From NCBI RefSeq assembly GCF_964204645.1, contig NC_134028.1:14205653-14269652 (forward strand): a stretch of DNA of 64,000 nt, given 5' to 3'. Origin of the DNA: Tubulanus polymorphus. Taxonomy: Eukaryota > Animalia > Nemertea. Positions 59,912 to 64,000 of the stretch are shown piece after piece. The first letter of the stretch is position 1; every line of letters starts with the position of its first letter. The position numbers and the translations under genes are program-made. Below the pieces are notes generated by a model. That model searched no databases. It saw only the letters and a list, made by a program, of their open reading frames with translations, and was not told the origin of the DNA.

Positions 59912-60280
59912 TTAATCCATTAATAATAATTTAGATTTAGTTTCAATGGCTTTATGATTTGACTTATTTTCTGGTATAATAAGTTTATTGTCATTGGAAT
60001 CATATTTATCATCAGATTTGAATTTTGATTTATATATTACACCGGATAATATAATAACTGTTACTAATCCAATTGTAATATATAATTTATAATTACTTCC
60101 AGCATTAGGAGAATTAGATGGATTATTATTTGAATCAATATCAGATAAAGTCTGTGATTCATTTCTATCAGTTAATTTCTTTTTCTTAGCTTTTTTTAAT
60201 TCTGAAGATCTTTTACCTAATTCTCTTGCCCATTTAATTTGTTTCTCGGATCTAGCCTTTTTCTTAACTCCATCACTCAT
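59912..60280 (-). CDS. 122-aa basic single-TM protein
   Basis: Homolog of 42758-43156. Confidence 0.75.
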   Translation of the reverse strand: MSDGVKKKARSEKQIKWARELGKRSSELKKAKKKKLTDRNESQTLSDIDSNNNPSNSPNAGSNYKLYITIGLVTVIILSGVIYKSKFKSDDKYDSNDNKLIIPENKSNHKAIETKSKLLLMD

Positions 60281-60306
60281 TTATTTTAGTGATTTTTTGT
60301 TCTGAT

Positions 60307-60887
60307 TCATTTTGTTTCACTGTTTGGTTGTAGTACATCTGTTTCGTTCTTACCTGATTTATATTCCATAGGCTTGATGTTCGAAAATGTTATGACACCA
60401 GTAGAAATTAATGTCATAACCGATCCTAATTGAAATGAAGCATAACCGACCCATTTTTGTAATTCAGTCATAACTAAATAGTCATTTTTCAAATCACTAT
60501 ATAATTTATTTTCATCATTAATTGGTATTAACTGGTTACATAACTTAGAATAACATTTGACAATACCATCTGAAATGGAATCATTTATTCTAGCTAATCT
60601 AGCTTCTTCATAAATCTTAAAATATTTTATTACTTTATCTGGTTTCATAGCATCTAATTCTTGAAAAGTAATAGTCTTAGTTAAAAACTCTCTACACTTT
60701 CCGCTAGCGATCAATAGTTCAAGATGGTGTTTACAATATGAATAGTATTCACAATCTATATTCATATATTACAATTAACTTGAATATTATTTTCAATTTT
60801 GGCCGGAATATCCTTATTATCACTAATGCCCAAATCATCTAATGTTTTTTCAATATCAATACTATTCTTACTCGATTTCTTTGACAT
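60307..60887 (-). pseudogene. Conserved ~200-aa hypothetical protein (5' frameshift; 152-aa part open)
   Basis: Homolog of 6818-7425. Confidence 0.7.
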
Positions 60888-61199
60888 TTATATTAGAGAA
60901 ATTTAATAAGAAAAATATTATAAGTATTAAAATGATACCAGTATCTCTTTATATTAATACTAGCTTAGTTAAAGGTAAAGAATTTTAGTATTAGTTATTG
61001 TTTTTTAGTATTTTTTATTTGTGATATAAAGTATTCTCTTTTGAAAAGAATTGTTAAAGAAAATATCAAAAATTAAAATAGAAATAATGGCTAGTTGAAG
61101 TTATTGTTTCTATTTTAATATATTTTATTTGAATTCTATTTGATATCTCACTACTTTTGTTTATCTATTAGGAGCAGTAATTATAACTGTCCAGATATG

Positions 61200-61880
61200 T
61201 CATTTCGGATCCTTGATATCAAATTCCTCAACATATTGTTCATTATTTGGATCATTGTTCCATTGATCAATAAATTTCTTTGCCTTTGTTAACTGTTCTA
61301 AATATAACTGTAAATCTAGTTTATTAGATTTGATTTGATTTTCTTTCTTTTCTAAAGGCCTTAAATTTTTCCAACCCCAAATAAGTTTTTTATTGTATTC
61401 ATCATTCATGTTAAATTTAGATATTGGTAACACGTGATCAATATGGTAATAATCCACATAATTATCTATGTTCATTTTATCATCGAATTGAAATATAATC
61501 CATGATTTCAGAAATTCATCTGAACAACCCAATAGATTAGATAGTGTTTCTGAATGTGTTTCTTTGTTAAATAATTGTGTTAATCTAGATCTTAAGCATT
61601 GTTTCAATCTAAAATTAAGATCTGTTTGATATCTTTCTCTCATATATTCCGTCATATAATCATTATAAGCTTCTCTATTATCTTCTCGGTATTGTTTGGT
61701 ATATAGTTTGTTACAAGTTTTACAGCAATATTGAAAACCATCTTTGCTAATCTTACGCTTACTAAATTCTGTTAAAGCTAATTTATCTAATTCACATTTA
61801 GAACACTTCTTGTAATATATATTTATAACACCAGCAGTGTTATTTGTAATGTTGATAATTTGTGGTTGTTCTGGTTCCAT
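61200..61880 (-). CDS. HNH/endonuclease VII-like nuclease with zinc ribbon (intact)
   Basis: CSKC..CKTC; YHIDHVLPISKF..NLRPLEKKENQIKSNK. Confidence 0.78.
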   Translation of the reverse strand: MEPEQPQIINITNNTAGVINIYYKKCSKCELDKLALTEFSKRKISKDGFQYCCKTCNKLYTKQYREDNREAYNDYMTEYMRERYQTDLNFRLKQCLRSRLTQLFNKETHSETLSNLLGCSDEFLKSWIIFQFDDKMNIDNYVDYYHIDHVLPISKFNMNDEYNKKLIWGWKNLRPLEKKENQIKSNKLDLQLYLEQLTKAKKFIDQWNNDPNNEQYVEEFDIKDPK

Positions 61881-62020
61881 TTATTATACATATTTTTTAC
61901 TAAATTGGTCAATATTTTAGAATCCTCTTCCATTTCTTCGACCAACGTCATCCTTTTTCATTCCTCACTGCTTTTGATAAGTTGTTTCGATTCCTTGATA
62001 TCTAAATAATACAACTGGGC

Positions 62021-62590
62021 AAAAGCGCGCATTCATGCGCGCTTTTGAACAATGCGCATGCGCTAATCCTAATTATATATTCATTATGTAAATTCTGTAA
62101 AATAGGAACAACCGAACACAGAAAATATCAAAACGTGTTCGCATTAGGCAAAACCGCGCATTCGTGCGCGCTTTTGATCAATGCGCATGCGCTAATCATA
62201 ATTATATATTCATTATGTAAATTCTGTAAAATAGAAACAACCGACATGAAATATCTAAACGTGTTCGCATTAGGCAAACCGCGCATTCACGCTCGCTTTT
62301 GATCAATGCGCATGCGTTAATCATAATTATATATTCATTATGTAAATTCTGTAAAATAGAAACAACCGACATGAAATATCTAAACGTGTTCGCATTAGGC
62401 AAACCGCGCATTCATGCGCGCTTTTGATCAATGCGCATGCGCTAATCATAATTATATATTCATTATGTAAATTCTGTAAAATAGAAACAACCGACATGAA
62501 ATATCTAGACGTGTTCGCATTAGGCAAACCGCGCATTCATGCGCGCTTTTGATCAATGCGCATGCGCTAATCCTAATTATATATTCATTC
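62021..62590. repeat. ~125-bp subterminal tandem repeat, ~4.5 units
   Basis: Unit AAACCGCGCATTCATGCGCGCTTTTGATCAATGCGCATGCGCTAATCATAATTATATATTCATTATGTAAATTCTGTAAAATAGAAACAACCGACATGAAATATCTAAACGTGTTCGCATTAGGC. Confidence 0.95.
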
Positions 62591-63480
62591 TGAATAGAAA
62601 CGACCGAACATAAAATTTCACCAATCAGATTTACACAATACATTATACAAGTTGTTCGGCCGTTTCTTCCAATACATCATTTGATTTCTATAAATACAAT
62701 TTATAATTACAAACATTTTTTTCAATTGCTGGTAAATATTTAACTACATCAACAAATGTTAAACTTAATCATTGGAGTCTTAATGTTTTTTAAATTCTTA
62801 TATAGTTTCTTCGTCGATCTTTTGGCGATTCTTGTCTTTCTTGTGCTAATTTCTATTGGTTCGATATCCATTGCTGTTGATTCCTCAGTCAGAAAGAGTA
62901 TCTTGAGTTTCTCTATCACTTCTTGATGCGTATGGCGTTTTATTAATCTAAAAGATATTAGCGGCAACTCTAGCCATCTAAAAGATATACTAAATACACT
63001 TAAATATATCTAAAGGTTTCATATTTAATAGCCCTAATAATTACAAAAAACAGTACTTACATTTAGATTTAGAATTGTAAACTATAAACTCCTAATTTCA
63101 TTTCGAGAGATAGAATATCCTGAGCGTAATGTTACAGCGCCTGTTCATTTCTTGCCACGTCATCTGGTTCCGGTTCTAGAGTGTTCTACACGTTTGCAAT
63201 ATTATGACTCATATGTCTCGGCGTCATAGTAACAGCTGTAACAGCTGTGAATTTATAGATTTATTCAATAGTTCATTACATGAAATGTATATAGGCTCAA
63301 ATAGAATCATGTTCTAGTATAAACAGCTATGCATTATTTCAATCACACTTTACTAACACTTTTAATGTTTAAAAATCTAACTCACACAAATATGAATATT
63401 GAAATAATGTTGTAAATATATACTTTTATATTGAATAATCTGTCAATTTAAATGTTATTCATTTACATGAATATTTTAAG

Positions 63481-63890
63481 AGTAATAGGGGTTATGGGCT
63501 TTCAGGTTAAAGGTTGAATGGTCGAGTTCATTAAAAACAAATATTAAAAGTAATTTAAAACTACAATATATTTTCATAACCGTGTGTATTTCAGTTGAAT
63601 AATAGAATAATTATTATTATTAAAATATATTTGATTATATGAATTTGTGTATTGTAAATAAATCAATTGGTCGCGGAGCGGAGCGGTAGTGAAGTGGAGC
63701 GACCAATTGATTTAATACAATATGGTTTTTAAATTTAAATTATTGATATCTTAGAATAAATATTTAGTTATAATATAAAATACACACGGTTATGAAAATA
63801 TATTATAGTTTTAAATTACTTTTAATGTTTTTTTTTTTAATGAGCTCGACCCTTCGACCTTTGCACTGAAAGCCCATTACCCCTATTACT
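63481..63890. repeat. Right terminal fold-back (410 bp) of element D
   Basis: Reverse complement of 45631-46040. Confidence 0.95.
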
Positions 63891-64000
63891 TACGTTAACA
63901 CGACTGATTACTAATCCAAATATTGCATTACAAAAAAACAATTACGCAAAACGTCAAGTACTTACAGCATCTGAGACAGTTGCGCTTCAGTTAGAGTGTT

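Larger units (their letters stand above)
45631..63890 (+). mobile_element. Complete Polinton/Maverick-like element D (18,260 bp)
   Basis: AGT...ACT termini, TIRs of ~557 bp, 6-bp TSD TACGTT (45625-45630 and 63891-63896); same core gene order as C. Confidence 0.97.

Overview
Eukaryotic (probably invertebrate animal) genomic DNA dominated by a nest of AT-rich Polinton/Maverick-like endogenous viral elements. Two are complete: C at 28204-45459 (6-bp TSD CATAGA) and D at 45631-63890 (TSD TACGTT). B (4057-~24993) is truncated and inverted, and A (<1-2709) runs off the window. The elements encode a protein-primed-type PolB, an rve integrase with chromodomain, an A32/FtsK-like packaging ATPase, major and minor capsid proteins, an HNH-like nuclease and a block of membrane proteins; no adenain protease is visible. 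Most genes carry a few copy-specific stops or frameshifts. Element B hosts two nested insertions: a full-length CR1/L2-group LINE (~13972-19636), and a 4.1-kb element (9421-13514, TSD TATATG) with Polinton-type ends, ~1.75-kb TIRs and its own genes, which disrupts the ATPase. Main unusual signals: (1) every Polinton end is itself a 194-410 nt fold-back whose mismatches are almost all G-T-compatible on the 3'-terminal strand, and the ~400-nt type has GNA/GNNA mini-hairpin loops; (2) a candidate Polinton satellite; (3) 14 of 16 gene starts in element C sit in the poxvirus-late-like motif TAAATG. Family assignments come from motif recognition by eye, not from database searches.
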